DNA of 64,000 nt, from the IMG/VR virus record IMGVR_UViG_3300034062_005355; one strand, 5' to 3'. The stretch is from a virus (taxonomy: Duplodnaviria; Caudoviricetes). Position 1 is the first letter of the stretch; the number at the start of each line of letters is the position of its first letter. Positions 37,743 through 47,750 of this stretch are shown piece by piece. A model generated the notes under the pieces. The model was not told where the DNA came from, searched no databases, and worked only from the letters and a program-made list of their open reading frames with translations. Both the position numbers and the translations under genes were made by a program.

Positions 37743-38496
37743 TATGAAAAAGTTTAAATTAAACAAAATGAAACAAAAAATATCGGTGTTTATAATATTT
37801 TTATTATGTATTTTAACACAAAATGCTGTTGCTCAAACCATAGGTAAAACAAAGACAGAATCTTATGTTGCGGAATTTGAAAAGAAAAGGGACATAAGTG
37901 ATTATATGAAATACGATGGTCCTCAAATACCAATCCAAATCCTTAAATGTGGTATATCTGAAGAAATGTATGAGATGTATCCAGAATTAAAAGAAAAAAG
38001 AGTTGGTTTGGGCGTTGCTAATATTTCAATGGAATATTTGGAAAACTTAAACAGATTTAAATTTACTGAAAGTCAAACAGAAATTAAGAATCGTATGGTT
38101 TTACAATATAAGGCATCTGCTGCAGGTATTTCCGAAAATAAATTAGATGGTCGAGGTAAAATCAATTTGGCAAAATATTTTGTAACGATTGAATGTTATG
38201 ATTATTCAATATCTGAAGACGAGACAATTAGTTTAAAAGACGGAATTAAAGATAATATGGTAACTCGTATTGGTTTACAAGTAAGATTTACCGATGCGGA
38301 GACTGGTTTAGTATTTGGCGGATCAGGATTAGGTGAGGCTAAGACAACAAGAGAACTTACTTTAATATCCGATGCAACCATCGATCCAATTAAATTCAAC
38401 CAATCAACAATATCAATCGCAACTAAAAAAGCATTAGATGTCGCAGTTGTTAACATTCTTGATAGAATGATTAAAAAACAAATATTCACCAACTAA
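37732..38496 (+). CDS. CsgG-like (curli-type secretion channel fold) protein
   Basis: Leader; LENLNRFKF; IGLQVRFTDAETG...GxGEA CsgG-type strand pattern. Confidence 0.65.
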   Translation: MKNNMKKFKLNKMKQKISVFIIFLLCILTQNAVAQTIGKTKTESYVAEFEKKRDISDYMKYDGPQIPIQILKCGISEEMYEMYPELKEKRVGLGVANISMEYLENLNRFKFTESQTEIKNRMVLQYKASAAGISENKLDGRGKINLAKYFVTIECYDYSISEDETISLKDGIKDNMVTRIGLQVRFTDAETGLVFGGSGLGEAKTTRELTLISDATIDPIKFNQSTISIATKKALDVAVVNILDRMIKKQIFTN

Positions 38497-38500
38497 TTAA

Positions 38501-39841
38501 ATGAAAAAGTTAAAACCAGTTTTTCTTTTATTATTTGTGTTATTCACAAGTTTAAAAACTATTGGTCAGTCATTAACTTACACATTTATTGACCCATGTA
38601 CCAAAGAAGTAACATATTTTAGTGTTCCAATTCAAAGTGGTGGAACAACAATATTCTTTTTGGGACAACAAAGATATTTCACCGCTGGAGATGTATCCAG
38701 CGGTGTCTTTGCCTCTTGGATAAGTCAAACATATACCGATTACCGAAAAATTTCACCATGCGGAGTACAACAAGTAAGGGTTACACAAAATCAAATTACA
38801 TCACAAATTATAGGTAATACTATTCAAAGCGTAGTCGGTAGTATTATGAGCCAAACAAAAATCGAATCAAATATATCAAAAGATGATAAAAATAATACTA
38901 ATGATGGTTCTACTACCCCTAACATTACTAGCAATAGTGATAGAACTAGCAATAATAATCAAGGAAATACGACTTCAAATACAGGATCGTCAAGTTCTAA
39001 AAATGAATCCAATGGTGGTAGTAATAATGGAACTAATAATAAAAATAACGGATCGGGTACATCAACAAATCAAGGAGATAAAAATACTGAAACTAAAAAA
39101 GAAGATAATGAAGTAGTTGGTGCGACAACAATGACCGTAGATGCCAATAACGATAAGGGTGGTAATGGAGGATCAAGTAAAAGTAATACAAGAAATAATC
39201 CCGTTATCGTTTCATCAGATCTAACAAGCGCACAAAATTTAGACAGAAGTTATACAGGTATCATAAATGTCGGAATGTCACAATCATCTATGACTGGAAC
39301 CTCAAGTTGGGGTGTTAATTCCATGATTTGGTTTAATCTTAATCAGTTTGCAATAACTGGTAGATACACAAAAATACAATATAATAAAACTCGTAAAATA
39401 AAATTGATTCACAATTTGAACTTAACAGGATTATATTCTTATGGAAATATATTAGGATTTGCGGGTTATAGTACAATATTAAATGCGGGTAAATTTGGTA
39501 TAACGGGAGTTAATGTTAGTGGTGCGATAACAAAAACACCTGAAGATGAAAATTTATTTATTAGTCCTTCGGCAACCGCGTTTTACACTAAACCATTTAG
39601 AGTTGGAAAAAAATTAGTCCTATCACCTGAATTGTATGTTATCTCAACTCCATTGATTTATTCATCTGTGGATAAAGTTACAGTATCAGATAGAACATTT
39701 AGTTCATTTATTGGAACAGGTGTTGATTACCAAATCTCAAGAAAATTTAAAGTAAATATTAATTACAAATTAAACATGAGTACCAATCCTGATTTTCCAG
39801 TTCTTTCGTTTTTCTTAATTGGATCAAAGATTAATTTATGA
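38501..39841 (+). CDS. Outer-membrane beta-barrel protein with N/S/G/T-rich stalk
   Basis: Signal peptide, low-complexity linker, alternating beta strands ending FLIGSKINL. Confidence 0.65.
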   Translation: MKKLKPVFLLLFVLFTSLKTIGQSLTYTFIDPCTKEVTYFSVPIQSGGTTIFFLGQQRYFTAGDVSSGVFASWISQTYTDYRKISPCGVQQVRVTQNQITSQIIGNTIQSVVGSIMSQTKIESNISKDDKNNTNDGSTTPNITSNSDRTSNNNQGNTTSNTGSSSSKNESNGGSNNGTNNKNNGSGTSTNQGDKNTETKKEDNEVVGATTMTVDANNDKGGNGGSSKSNTRNNPVIVSSDLTSAQNLDRSYTGIINVGMSQSSMTGTSSWGVNSMIWFNLNQFAITGRYTKIQYNKTRKIKLIHNLNLTGLYSYGNILGFAGYSTILNAGKFGITGVNVSGAITKTPEDENLFISPSATAFYTKPFRVGKKLVLSPELYVISTPLIYSSVDKVTVSDRTFSSFIGTGVDYQISRKFKVNINYKLNMSTNPDFPVLSFFLIGSKINL

Positions 39842-40947
39842 TGAGACATATAATTTTTATAATACTATTTTTAATTACGTTTTCATTAAGTGCTCAATCA
39901 CCCTTATGTACCAGTAGACCTACAACATTTTGTTGTGAGTATGTTTCAAGTGTTACTATAAACGGTAGAACATATAGTGGTAGTAATGGATTTGCGGCAT
40001 CCTCAGGTGGAAATCCTGCGGGTTATTATGATTATACAACAGGAACTGGTATTCCAACGATAACCGCAGGTCAAAATATTTCAATTTCATATACAGCGGT
40101 TACGAATGGTAATTATATGGAATATTTTAAATTATGGATAGATTTTAATGGTAATGGTAGTTTAACAGATCCGGGTGAGTTAGTTCATAGTAATAATGTT
40201 TCTTGGGTCGGAACAAGAACAATTAACGCAACATTTGTAGTTCCAACAACAGTATTTAACGGACAAGTGTATATGAGATTTATTATGCAATATTCAGGTT
40301 CACCTATTATATGTGGAACCTACCCTTATGGTAATACTTTTGACTTTAAGACTACAATTGCAGGTGCCCAACCAAATCCTAATCAACCAATACCAACAGA
40401 AACTATAAGTGGTAAAATCAGTATTCCAATAGGATTATCTGTAAGACCAAAAGTTATGTTGTATAAAGTAATTGGAACCTCGTTAAGTTTAATTGATAGT
40501 GTAATTGTTGATGTTAATGGTAATTACATTTTGAAACCTAATGAATATAATGTAACATATAGAGTAGTTCCATCTTATTCTGCTGTGTTGACCTCATCGG
40601 ATTTGGTTAATCTTTTAGATGAAGCAAAAAATGTTAGTGTCCCACCAAAATTATCACCAGGATTAATATTAAATACGGGTCCAAAAATGATGGCAGGAGA
40701 CATAAATAACGACGGCAAAGTGTATATTGATGACGGATATTTGTTGGCGAGAAATCTATCGGGAATGAACCCTATAAACACAGTATATTGGTTTACCGAC
40801 TCACAATACTCAACAATCACATTAAGTAATTTTAACATAATAACACCATCGTCACACTTTATTGTTAATTTTACAACATTTTCAGTTATATTAAACATAA
40901 AATATGTTGTTTTAGGTGATACTAACTTATCATCTTCTTCACAATAA
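39838..40947 (+). CDS. Exported GEVED-domain protein with dockerin-like domain
   Basis: EYVSSVTING, KLWIDFNGNG...GE, MRF, CGTYPYGNTFD; AGDINNDGKVYIDDG. Confidence 0.75.
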   Translation: MMRHIIFIILFLITFSLSAQSPLCTSRPTTFCCEYVSSVTINGRTYSGSNGFAASSGGNPAGYYDYTTGTGIPTITAGQNISISYTAVTNGNYMEYFKLWIDFNGNGSLTDPGELVHSNNVSWVGTRTINATFVVPTTVFNGQVYMRFIMQYSGSPIICGTYPYGNTFDFKTTIAGAQPNPNQPIPTETISGKISIPIGLSVRPKVMLYKVIGTSLSLIDSVIVDVNGNYILKPNEYNVTYRVVPSYSAVLTSSDLVNLLDEAKNVSVPPKLSPGLILNTGPKMMAGDINNDGKVYIDDGYLLARNLSGMNPINTVYWFTDSQYSTITLSNFNIITPSSHFIVNFTTFSVILNIKYVVLGDTNLSSSSQ

Positions 40948-40948
40948 G

Positions 40949-41140
40949 TTAATTCTCAACCTCAATACCAGTATTTGATATTGAAATCCAAATATCAAAT
41001 AGTAAAAATACCAAGTAAAACTCTATATCTGAAATTGAGTGTATTTCAGGGTAATTATATTCCTCGTATAACCAATATATTACCTTAAATGCGACTATTA
41101 TCCGTATTATAAGTAAAAAAAACCCTAGTAGTATTTTCAT
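40949..41140 (-). CDS. Small membrane protein
   Basis: Two hydrophobic segments; promoter 41145-41152. Confidence 0.7.
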   Translation of the reverse strand: MKILLGFFLLIIRIIVAFKVIYWLYEEYNYPEIHSISDIEFYLVFLLFDIWISISNTGIEVEN

Positions 41141-41182
41141 AATACAAATATAAACTATTTATTAAAATAAAACAAAAATATT

Positions 41183-41806
41183 ATGAATTTACGTGAATTT
41201 ATTAAAGAACAATTAGAGAAACATTTAGATAAAACTTTAATATTAAAGGAGGAAACTAAAGTTTCTGAATCGTTAAAGTATCATATTGATAATAATATAT
41301 CTTTAACTGACAATATTTTTAGAGTTTATTCCGAAAGTTATTTTGATTTAGTAAATGAAGTAAGAGAACTTTACAATAAAGGTAAAATTGAACTTAATGA
41401 AGAAGATAAATTAATGGTTGAATCTGATTTAGGTAAAAAAGTTAAGATAGGTAAAGAATATATTTATTTAGACGCTCCTTACATTTATGAAACTGAAACT
41501 GAGGAGGATATTTTGTCCGAAGCAAAACATCGTGGTAAAAATGTTAAACTTGGTAAGCCATTTAGAACTTCAGGTGGTCCTAAAAAGTTTGCGGTATATG
41601 TAAAAAGTAAAAGTGGTGGAGTTAAAAAGGTAACTTTTGGAGATCCAGGATTAAAAGTAAAAAATTCAAACAAAAAAGCGGCAAAATCTTTCAGAGCAAG
41701 ACACAATTGTAAAGATAAAAAAGATAGAACAACTGCTGGATACTGGAGCTGCAATGTGGGACGTTATGCTAAACAATTAGGTTTATCTTCATCAAATTCT
41801 TGGTAA
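41183..41806 (+). CDS. Conserved phage protein (SFRARHNC...YWSC domain)
   Basis: KKVTFGD...KSFRARHNCKDKKDRTTAGYWSC; TATTTAT 41156-41162. Confidence 0.8.
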   Translation: MNLREFIKEQLEKHLDKTLILKEETKVSESLKYHIDNNISLTDNIFRVYSESYFDLVNEVRELYNKGKIELNEEDKLMVESDLGKKVKIGKEYIYLDAPYIYETETEEDILSEAKHRGKNVKLGKPFRTSGGPKKFAVYVKSKSGGVKKVTFGDPGLKVKNSNKKAAKSFRARHNCKDKKDRTTAGYWSCNVGRYAKQLGLSSSNSW

Positions 41807-42099
41807 TGGAAATAGAAAAAATTAAAAAATATCTACAGGTTTATTTAGATGAGGTAATTATTCCCGAACTTAATAATGAATTAGTTGGTGAAAATGACGA
41901 ACCAATAAATGTCACCATATATAAAATAAATTATGGTGAGGCAAATCCGAACAGAATAAACTTTTTTTTAGATATGGACCCAGATTGGTCTAAAGGAAGT
42001 TTTACTAATAAAATTAATTCTGATATATCAAGTTTTTTTAGAATGTTAGGTGTTGACAAGAATCTACACATTTATTGGAATAAAAGACCCTTATTTTAA
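41800..42099 (+). CDS. Hypothetical protein
   Basis: ORF track. Confidence 0.7.
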   Translation: MVMEIEKIKKYLQVYLDEVIIPELNNELVGENDEPINVTIYKINYGEANPNRINFFLDMDPDWSKGSFTNKINSDISSFFRMLGVDKNLHIYWNKRPLF

Positions 42100-42100
42100 T

Positions 42101-42370
42101 ATGGATTTCCCATTTGAACAGATAGAAAAAGAAGGTAAAATAGTTAGGACATTTAGTCCTGATGTTGAGGAAGATGAATTAAAATGGCATCAAGATTTAA
42201 AAGACCGAAAAGTTACTATTATTGAGTGCGGAGGATGGTCTTTTCAAATGGAAGATGAATTACCAATCAAATTACAAAATGCCAAACAAATATTCATTCC
42301 GAAATTTGCTTGGCATCGAGTTTTAAAGGGTAATGGTGAGTTAATTGTTGAAATAGAAGAACTCACTTAG
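42101..42370 (+). CDS. Cupin-like protein
   Basis: LKWHQD...FIPKFAWHRV. Confidence 0.65.
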   Translation: MDFPFEQIEKEGKIVRTFSPDVEEDELKWHQDLKDRKVTIIECGGWSFQMEDELPIKLQNAKQIFIPKFAWHRVLKGNGELIVEIEELT

Positions 42371-42385
42371 TTTTTATCACTAATA

Positions 42386-43297
42386 TTAATTACCAATAAC
42401 CCAATCGGATCTAAATGCTTCATTAGTATATTGTTCCATAACAGGTTGTGGAGAAGGTTCATCATAACCAATTTTTTCCTGATAATATTCGTTATTTAAC
42501 CATAAAGTTTGGTTATTTTTTTCATCATCAGACAATAAATCCCAATTAGTTTGTTTTGTTTTAGTAAAATCTTCTTTTATTATCGACATAACATCAATTG
42601 GTAAACCACTATCTAAAGAATCAATTCTTCGATCAATTAAATCCCAAAAAGAAGTTTCTCTATCGTATGCTCCATCAAGATTTTTAAATGCAGCAACACT
42701 ATTTCCTGTAAGTTTATTAATACAATAAATTAAAATCCCTCTTTGTGAATATCTTAAATAATATTCAGGATTTTTTTCACTTGTAGTACACCACTTAGTT
42801 CCCGCACCATATTTTTTGGATGCTAAAAATGAAAGAGGTTTAATAATTAACCATTCATCAGTTTCATATAATTTTTGAATTTGTTTTTCTAAACTTTTAT
42901 CAATTAGTTTTAAAGACGATAAAGCTATTTGAAGTTCTAACTCGTTAAATGTTTTATATGTGGTCAAATCATTATTAGTTATTAATTTTCTCTCATTCAA
43001 TTCTATAAATTTTTTAACATTTTTAAAATTACTATACCCGATATAGTCAGTTAAAATTCTATGAATGTTTAAAATCTGAAAGTTAGATTGTTGTTTTATG
43101 AATTCAATATCAAAATCAAATTCACTAACTAATTCGGTTGTTAAATCTCCAAAGTATTTTAAATCATTATTTTTATTCTTCATCAAATTAATAACCATCT
43201 CAGTATATTTTGGTTTTTTGAAAACATCGTGAATCACACCTATAACATCAATTGTTAGATTAGGGTTTTGTTTTTTTATCTCATCAATTTTAGACAT
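42386..43297 (-). CDS. Conserved phage protein with YGAGTKWCT motif (PcfJ-like)
   Basis: WLIIKPLSFLASKKYGAGTKWCTT. Confidence 0.65.
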   Translation of the reverse strand: MSKIDEIKKQNPNLTIDVIGVIHDVFKKPKYTEMVINLMKNKNNDLKYFGDLTTELVSEFDFDIEFIKQQSNFQILNIHRILTDYIGYSNFKNVKKFIELNERKLITNNDLTTYKTFNELELQIALSSLKLIDKSLEKQIQKLYETDEWLIIKPLSFLASKKYGAGTKWCTTSEKNPEYYLRYSQRGILIYCINKLTGNSVAAFKNLDGAYDRETSFWDLIDRRIDSLDSGLPIDVMSIIKEDFTKTKQTNWDLLSDDEKNNQTLWLNNEYYQEKIGYDEPSPQPVMEQYTNEAFRSDWVIGN

Positions 43298-43367
43298 AAT
43301 TTTAAATTTTTTGTTAAATGTAGAATATATTTTTTAATAAATCAAATAATTAACCTATCTTTGTTAA

Positions 43368-43790
43368 ATGAAAAAAATAACAACTATACTATTACTATTT
43401 TTAACTTTAACCTCAAGATCCCAACAGAAAGACATACTTTATATTCCACAACAAAATTCCTTGGTTGCGTCTCACAATTATAAACAAATTGGTTTATATT
43501 TTGGAGGATATTTTTTAACAACACTACCTCAACCTTATGTGTATACTACACCATTATCAATAATTAATCGTGTTGGATTGACATATGTTAATAAAGATAA
43601 CACATATAGTATAATGTGTGGCGCATTTTTACAATCATATTTTGATCATGTTGACATGACTCCCGATGTTTGGGTTAAAATTTATCCAATAAGAATGATA
43701 ACTAAAAATAAAAAAAGTTTAGATTTTTCACTTGGTGTGAATTATTCTGACGGTTTTAGGTACGGAGTTGGGTTATCAATTCCATATTGA
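43368..43790 (+). CDS. Exported, probable small outer-membrane beta-barrel
   Basis: Signal peptide; GVGLSIPY end; TATCTTTG 43356-43363. Confidence 0.65.
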   Translation: MKKITTILLLFLTLTSRSQQKDILYIPQQNSLVASHNYKQIGLYFGGYFLTTLPQPYVYTTPLSIINRVGLTYVNKDNTYSIMCGAFLQSYFDHVDMTPDVWVKIYPIRMITKNKKSLDFSLGVNYSDGFRYGVGLSIPY

Positions 43791-43804
43791 AGTATTTATA
43801 ACTA

Positions 43805-44800
43805 ATGACACTAATAGATTTCCCAATAGAAAGATTAAATGAGTTTTTTAGAGACCATTCGTTTGTAATCCAAAACCCTTTTGGTGATGGATTAAATGAA
43901 AAAATGAATCTTACCGTTAAAGTACAATTAACAGGTGTTAAACCTATGATTTCAGTTGGTGAGTGGAAAGACTTTATTGAATATACTTTGTTTTTAGAAG
44001 AAATTGATAGTAGTTTTGGTAGAAAAATATTCGGTAATCAATTTGCAGTGTTAAAAACACACGACTATAAAATATCAAATACTGATACAACATTTTACTC
44101 AACAACCATTAAAGTTAATGATATATTACGTAACTTCTTGAAATATTGGGGGATGGATAACTATGTAACATGTAGAAGAATAGTTAATAATCTTGCTGAT
44201 GTAGACCCAAAGTATATGACAGAAAGTTTGATTACAGAAGGTAAATACGATGGTGTGGTTAGACAATTGGTTAAAGATGTTTTAAATATTATAAAATATC
44301 AAAAAGAAGGTGAATTTGAATTACCTGAAGACATTAATAATGAAATGGTGTATAGTTTTCCGCAAATAGAATCTGAATTTACTATTGAGTTATCTTTACA
44401 AGTTAGCGATGATGTTGAAACCGTTGATGTTGACGGAGCATATTATCCTGAAGACGATGTTATTGAAATTTTAATTATAACTAATCCAAATCTTAATAGA
44501 GAAATATTAGAAGAGCTTCATTTTGAACTTAATGAATTAATTAGGCATGAAATAGAACATATAATTCAATTTGAAAGAGGTGATAATATACCAAAGAAAG
44601 AGCCAAAAGCACCTTTAAAATATTATACTCAAAAACATGAGTTACAAGCTCAAATTGCTGGTTTTAAACGGAGAGCCCAAAAAGAAAGAAAACCATTAGA
44701 AGTTGTTATTAGAAGTTGGTTTAACAAAAACAAATTAAGACACAGATTGTCTCCTAAAAATGTTGAGATTGTAATAAACCAAATTCTTGAATTATCATAA
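43805..44800 (+). CDS. Two-module protein with C-terminal HExxH domain
   Basis: RHEIEH...HELQA; LITE linker; TATTTAT 43793-43799. Confidence 0.75.
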   Translation: MTLIDFPIERLNEFFRDHSFVIQNPFGDGLNEKMNLTVKVQLTGVKPMISVGEWKDFIEYTLFLEEIDSSFGRKIFGNQFAVLKTHDYKISNTDTTFYSTTIKVNDILRNFLKYWGMDNYVTCRRIVNNLADVDPKYMTESLITEGKYDGVVRQLVKDVLNIIKYQKEGEFELPEDINNEMVYSFPQIESEFTIELSLQVSDDVETVDVDGAYYPEDDVIEILIITNPNLNREILEELHFELNELIRHEIEHIIQFERGDNIPKKEPKAPLKYYTQKHELQAQIAGFKRRAQKERKPLEVVIRSWFNKNKLRHRLSPKNVEIVINQILELS

Positions 44801-45555
44801 TGAATAAAATTGCGTCATTTGCTAAAAAATTTTTAATGTCACAACCATTTTTTGAAGATGGTTTTGAATATCAATTTATATCAGTAGAACCTGATAGTGA
44901 TTGGGCAATCAAATTTACCGTAAATGTATTATTACCAAAAAAAGGTCAATCTTTTGTTGTAGAAAAATTCAGTTATGACATTGGTGTTATTATAGAAAAC
45001 GCCTCAAGATATATTGGTGAAGGTATTTCTTATACAGAAAACATTTTAGTTGAAGGCAGACCTATTCCTGAAAATGGTGTGTATATAAATGATGAAGATT
45101 GTGATGAAATCATTCGTTCGTTAAATGAGAATGTAAAACAAATAACATTGTCTAACGATAAAGATGTTTCATATGTTAGTGTAAAAATTTTATTTTTTCG
45201 TAATACTGAAAGAAATAAATTTTATTTAATGGATTCTCATCAGTACATTGATTTTTATCTAAAATATGATATTGGTAGAATTGAATATAATAATGCTCCT
45301 GTACGTATAAATCAAAAGATGTTTGATAGTTTTGGTGAGGTTTTTAATGAAAAACTTCAGGATTCAAGTAGATTTAGAGATGGATTACAAGACATAATTT
45401 ATCGTGTTTTGGAACCAAGTATAAAAATACAAGACATTGAAGTTTATATTAACGCCCAATATTGGATAGATAAAATAGATGGTATGGAAGTTCTTGTAGA
45501 TGGTAATAGTACCATATATGAATTTATACCTGAAATGTTTATTGAAATTTCTTAA
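44800..45555 (+). CDS. Hypothetical protein
   Basis: ORF track. Confidence 0.8.
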   Translation: MNKIASFAKKFLMSQPFFEDGFEYQFISVEPDSDWAIKFTVNVLLPKKGQSFVVEKFSYDIGVIIENASRYIGEGISYTENILVEGRPIPENGVYINDEDCDEIIRSLNENVKQITLSNDKDVSYVSVKILFFRNTERNKFYLMDSHQYIDFYLKYDIGRIEYNNAPVRINQKMFDSFGEVFNEKLQDSSRFRDGLQDIIYRVLEPSIKIQDIEVYINAQYWIDKIDGMEVLVDGNSTIYEFIPEMFIEIS

Positions 45556-46159
45556 TAATTTTTTTGATTGTTTCGGTTAGAGCAATTTGGCCAGTAAGTA
45601 CAACTCCTGAGGCAACTAATCTTTTTGCAATTGTCATTGCGGTTGTTTGTATATCACTACCTTCCGTGATTGCGGATTGAATATCTGTGATAATTGGAAT
45701 TAAAAACGAATACGTCACTAATTCTAATGTTGACCCTAAAGTAACATTGGCAGATTTCATAAAATTAAAAAATGAATCTCTTAAATTTCTTGATTTAATT
45801 AAAACTTCTTTAAATGTATCTTCTAAACCTTCTTCTTTAATTTTGGTTAAAATTGTTTTAAGAGTTTTTACGTTATCGTAGAAATATGTACATGCAACGC
45901 CAATTAAGATTAAAGTCGCTTGGTCATCTGTTAATTCAAATCTTCCTGTTCTTATAAAGTTATTTAGTGGCATAACTAAACCACCAACAGACGATCCCCA
46001 AGTTAAAAGTAACTTTAGGTTCAAACCATAAGTCTTTTTCGCCTTGTTAACAAGATTACTTGTAAATGAATACAATTCTTTCATGTAATCACTCATCTTT
46101 GATTGGTCTTGTTCTTGTAAAATAATTCTCAGTTGAGATTCGTTAATTAAAAAATCCAT
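45539..46159 (-). CDS. LINESQ N-terminal motif protein, possibly membrane-associated
   Basis: MDFLINESQL; TATTTAT (minus) 46166-46172. Confidence 0.8.
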   Translation of the reverse strand: MDFLINESQLRIILQEQDQSKMSDYMKELYSFTSNLVNKAKKTYGLNLKLLLTWGSSVGGLVMPLNNFIRTGRFELTDDQATLILIGVACTYFYDNVKTLKTILTKIKEEGLEDTFKEVLIKSRNLRDSFFNFMKSANVTLGSTLELVTYSFLIPIITDIQSAITEGSDIQTTAMTIAKRLVASGVVLTGQIALTETIKKIIKKFQ

Positions 46160-46192
46160 ATAATTATAAATATACTAAAGATATTTATTGTT

Positions 46193-46804
46193 ATGAGTAA
46201 ATCAAAGAAAGAGTTAAATCCAAAATTAGTTAAAGGTGATAGAATCATGTGTCTTCATATGGATGGTGAGACTTCAGTACCTCCTATGACAACAGGAACC
46301 GTTAGAAGTGTCGTTAGAGACCCTTTTGAAGATAATAGTGAGATTATTAATGTTAATTGGGATAATGATAGTACATTAGGTTTAATATCAATTACGGACA
46401 GTTGGGTTAAAATTGCCCAAGAAACTCTTGAAGAACAAGCAGGTAGCACCTCCGAATACGATTTTTTCAATAAGAATCCTGAAATATTTAATAACTTTGA
46501 TTGGAGATTTTTAAGAAAGTTTTTAAATAAATTAAGAGAGGCCGGACCTGTTAATATGTTTCAATCCCAACCATTTTTATATTCAGGTAGAGAATGGATT
46601 GATAGATATTATGGTGAAAATCAAGAAGATAATGAAGATTTTCAAGAAGTTTTAGAAATGGCGGATGAAGCCAAAAATAAAATGATTCAAGGAGTCTTAA
46701 AATATATGAAATCTGAAGGGTTTGAAATTGAAATAGATAAAGTTAATCATTTGATTAAGAAGTTTTCGAGTAGTATTTTAAAGTTTTATATCTCTTTCTT
46801 TTAA
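46193..46804 (+). CDS. DUF4314-like N-terminal domain protein
   Basis: GDRI...VPPMTTGTV...VNWDNDSTL; TATTTAT 46182-46188. Confidence 0.65.
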   Translation: MSKSKKELNPKLVKGDRIMCLHMDGETSVPPMTTGTVRSVVRDPFEDNSEIINVNWDNDSTLGLISITDSWVKIAQETLEEQAGSTSEYDFFNKNPEIFNNFDWRFLRKFLNKLREAGPVNMFQSQPFLYSGREWIDRYYGENQEDNEDFQEVLEMADEAKNKMIQGVLKYMKSEGFEIEIDKVNHLIKKFSSSILKFYISFF

Positions 46805-46955
46805 ATAACTTAAATTTTCTTTTTTTTGGAGGGACTTTTCCCTCCTTTTTTATTTCAATAACTTTAGGTGTTGTGATGGTATTACTAGGGATGAACTCGT
46901 CTTTTTTACACGAGCCCATCATAAGTAATATTAATAAAGTTAAAATTCTAATCAT
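46755..46955 (-). CDS. Small lipoprotein-like protein
   Basis: Hydrophobic leader + GSC. Confidence 0.55.
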   Translation of the reverse strand: MIRILTLLILLMMGSCKKDEFIPSNTITTPKVIEIKKEGKVPPKKRKFKLFKRKRYKTLKYYSKTS

Positions 46956-47572
46956 TATTTTTCTTTGATATCGTAGTAAAATGAATTACTATCTTCAGTC
47001 ACCCATCTATCAGATTGGTTTTCAACCGATATTGACTCTGTATCAACTTTAAATTGTTTTAAATCTTCAGGAAGTGATTTGGTAACCCAATTACTATCCC
47101 TCCAAAAAAGTCTATTGTTTGGTTGACATAATAAATACCCCTCATCTGACTCAAATATATGTCCACATTTATAATCAGATGGTTCATCGCTATATGGGTT
47201 ATTATACCAATCGACAGTAAACATATATGTCCCCCAAACTTTTGTCCCGTCTCTTAATACTATCTGAGCCCTGTGAAATGCTAAAAAATCATATTCAATT
47301 ACAGAAACGTTCTCACTAAAACAATCCCACAATTGTTTAAAATTGAAGGGGATATCATTGGTTGGAATTTTTGTGTAGATTTCGGATAATGGTACCCTAC
47401 TTCTTAACATACCAGTATCAGTCATAACGTGAAAAGTAAGTATTTGACCACCACAAGATTGAATACCGAAAATGTAAACACCATAATAATCGTTTGCGTC
47501 TTCTTCATTTTTAGTAAAATAAGATTTTTTAACAAATCCTTTAAAGGATGGAATATTTGAATTTAATTTCAT
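46955..47572 (-). CDS. Conserved phage hypothetical protein
   Basis: LQLWDCF-like and YMFTVDW...QPNNR motifs. Confidence 0.8.
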   Translation of the reverse strand: MKLNSNIPSFKGFVKKSYFTKNEEDANDYYGVYIFGIQSCGGQILTFHVMTDTGMLRSRVPLSEIYTKIPTNDIPFNFKQLWDCFSENVSVIEYDFLAFHRAQIVLRDGTKVWGTYMFTVDWYNNPYSDEPSDYKCGHIFESDEGYLLCQPNNRLFWRDSNWVTKSLPEDLKQFKVDTESISVENQSDRWVTEDSNSFYYDIKEK

Positions 47573-47742
47573 TTTTTATAGTAGGGTATTTTATATATTT
47601 CATAATATTCGCTTAAACCTCCTTCAAGAGGTGCCAAATCTTTTATTGCCATTTCATATCCATTTTTACCCATTGCAATTTTTAACAACTCTAACCTTTC
47701 TTCTGGTGAGTATTTGATATTATTTTCTTTTATTTTATCCAT
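47569..47742 (-). CDS. 57-aa hypothetical protein (not in ORF track)
   Basis: Hand-translated; ATGA overlap with next gene. Confidence 0.7.
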   Translation of the reverse strand: MDKIKENNIKYSPEERLELLKIAMGKNGYEMAIKDLAPLEGGLSEYYEIYKIPYYKK

Positions 47743-47750
47743 AATATATT

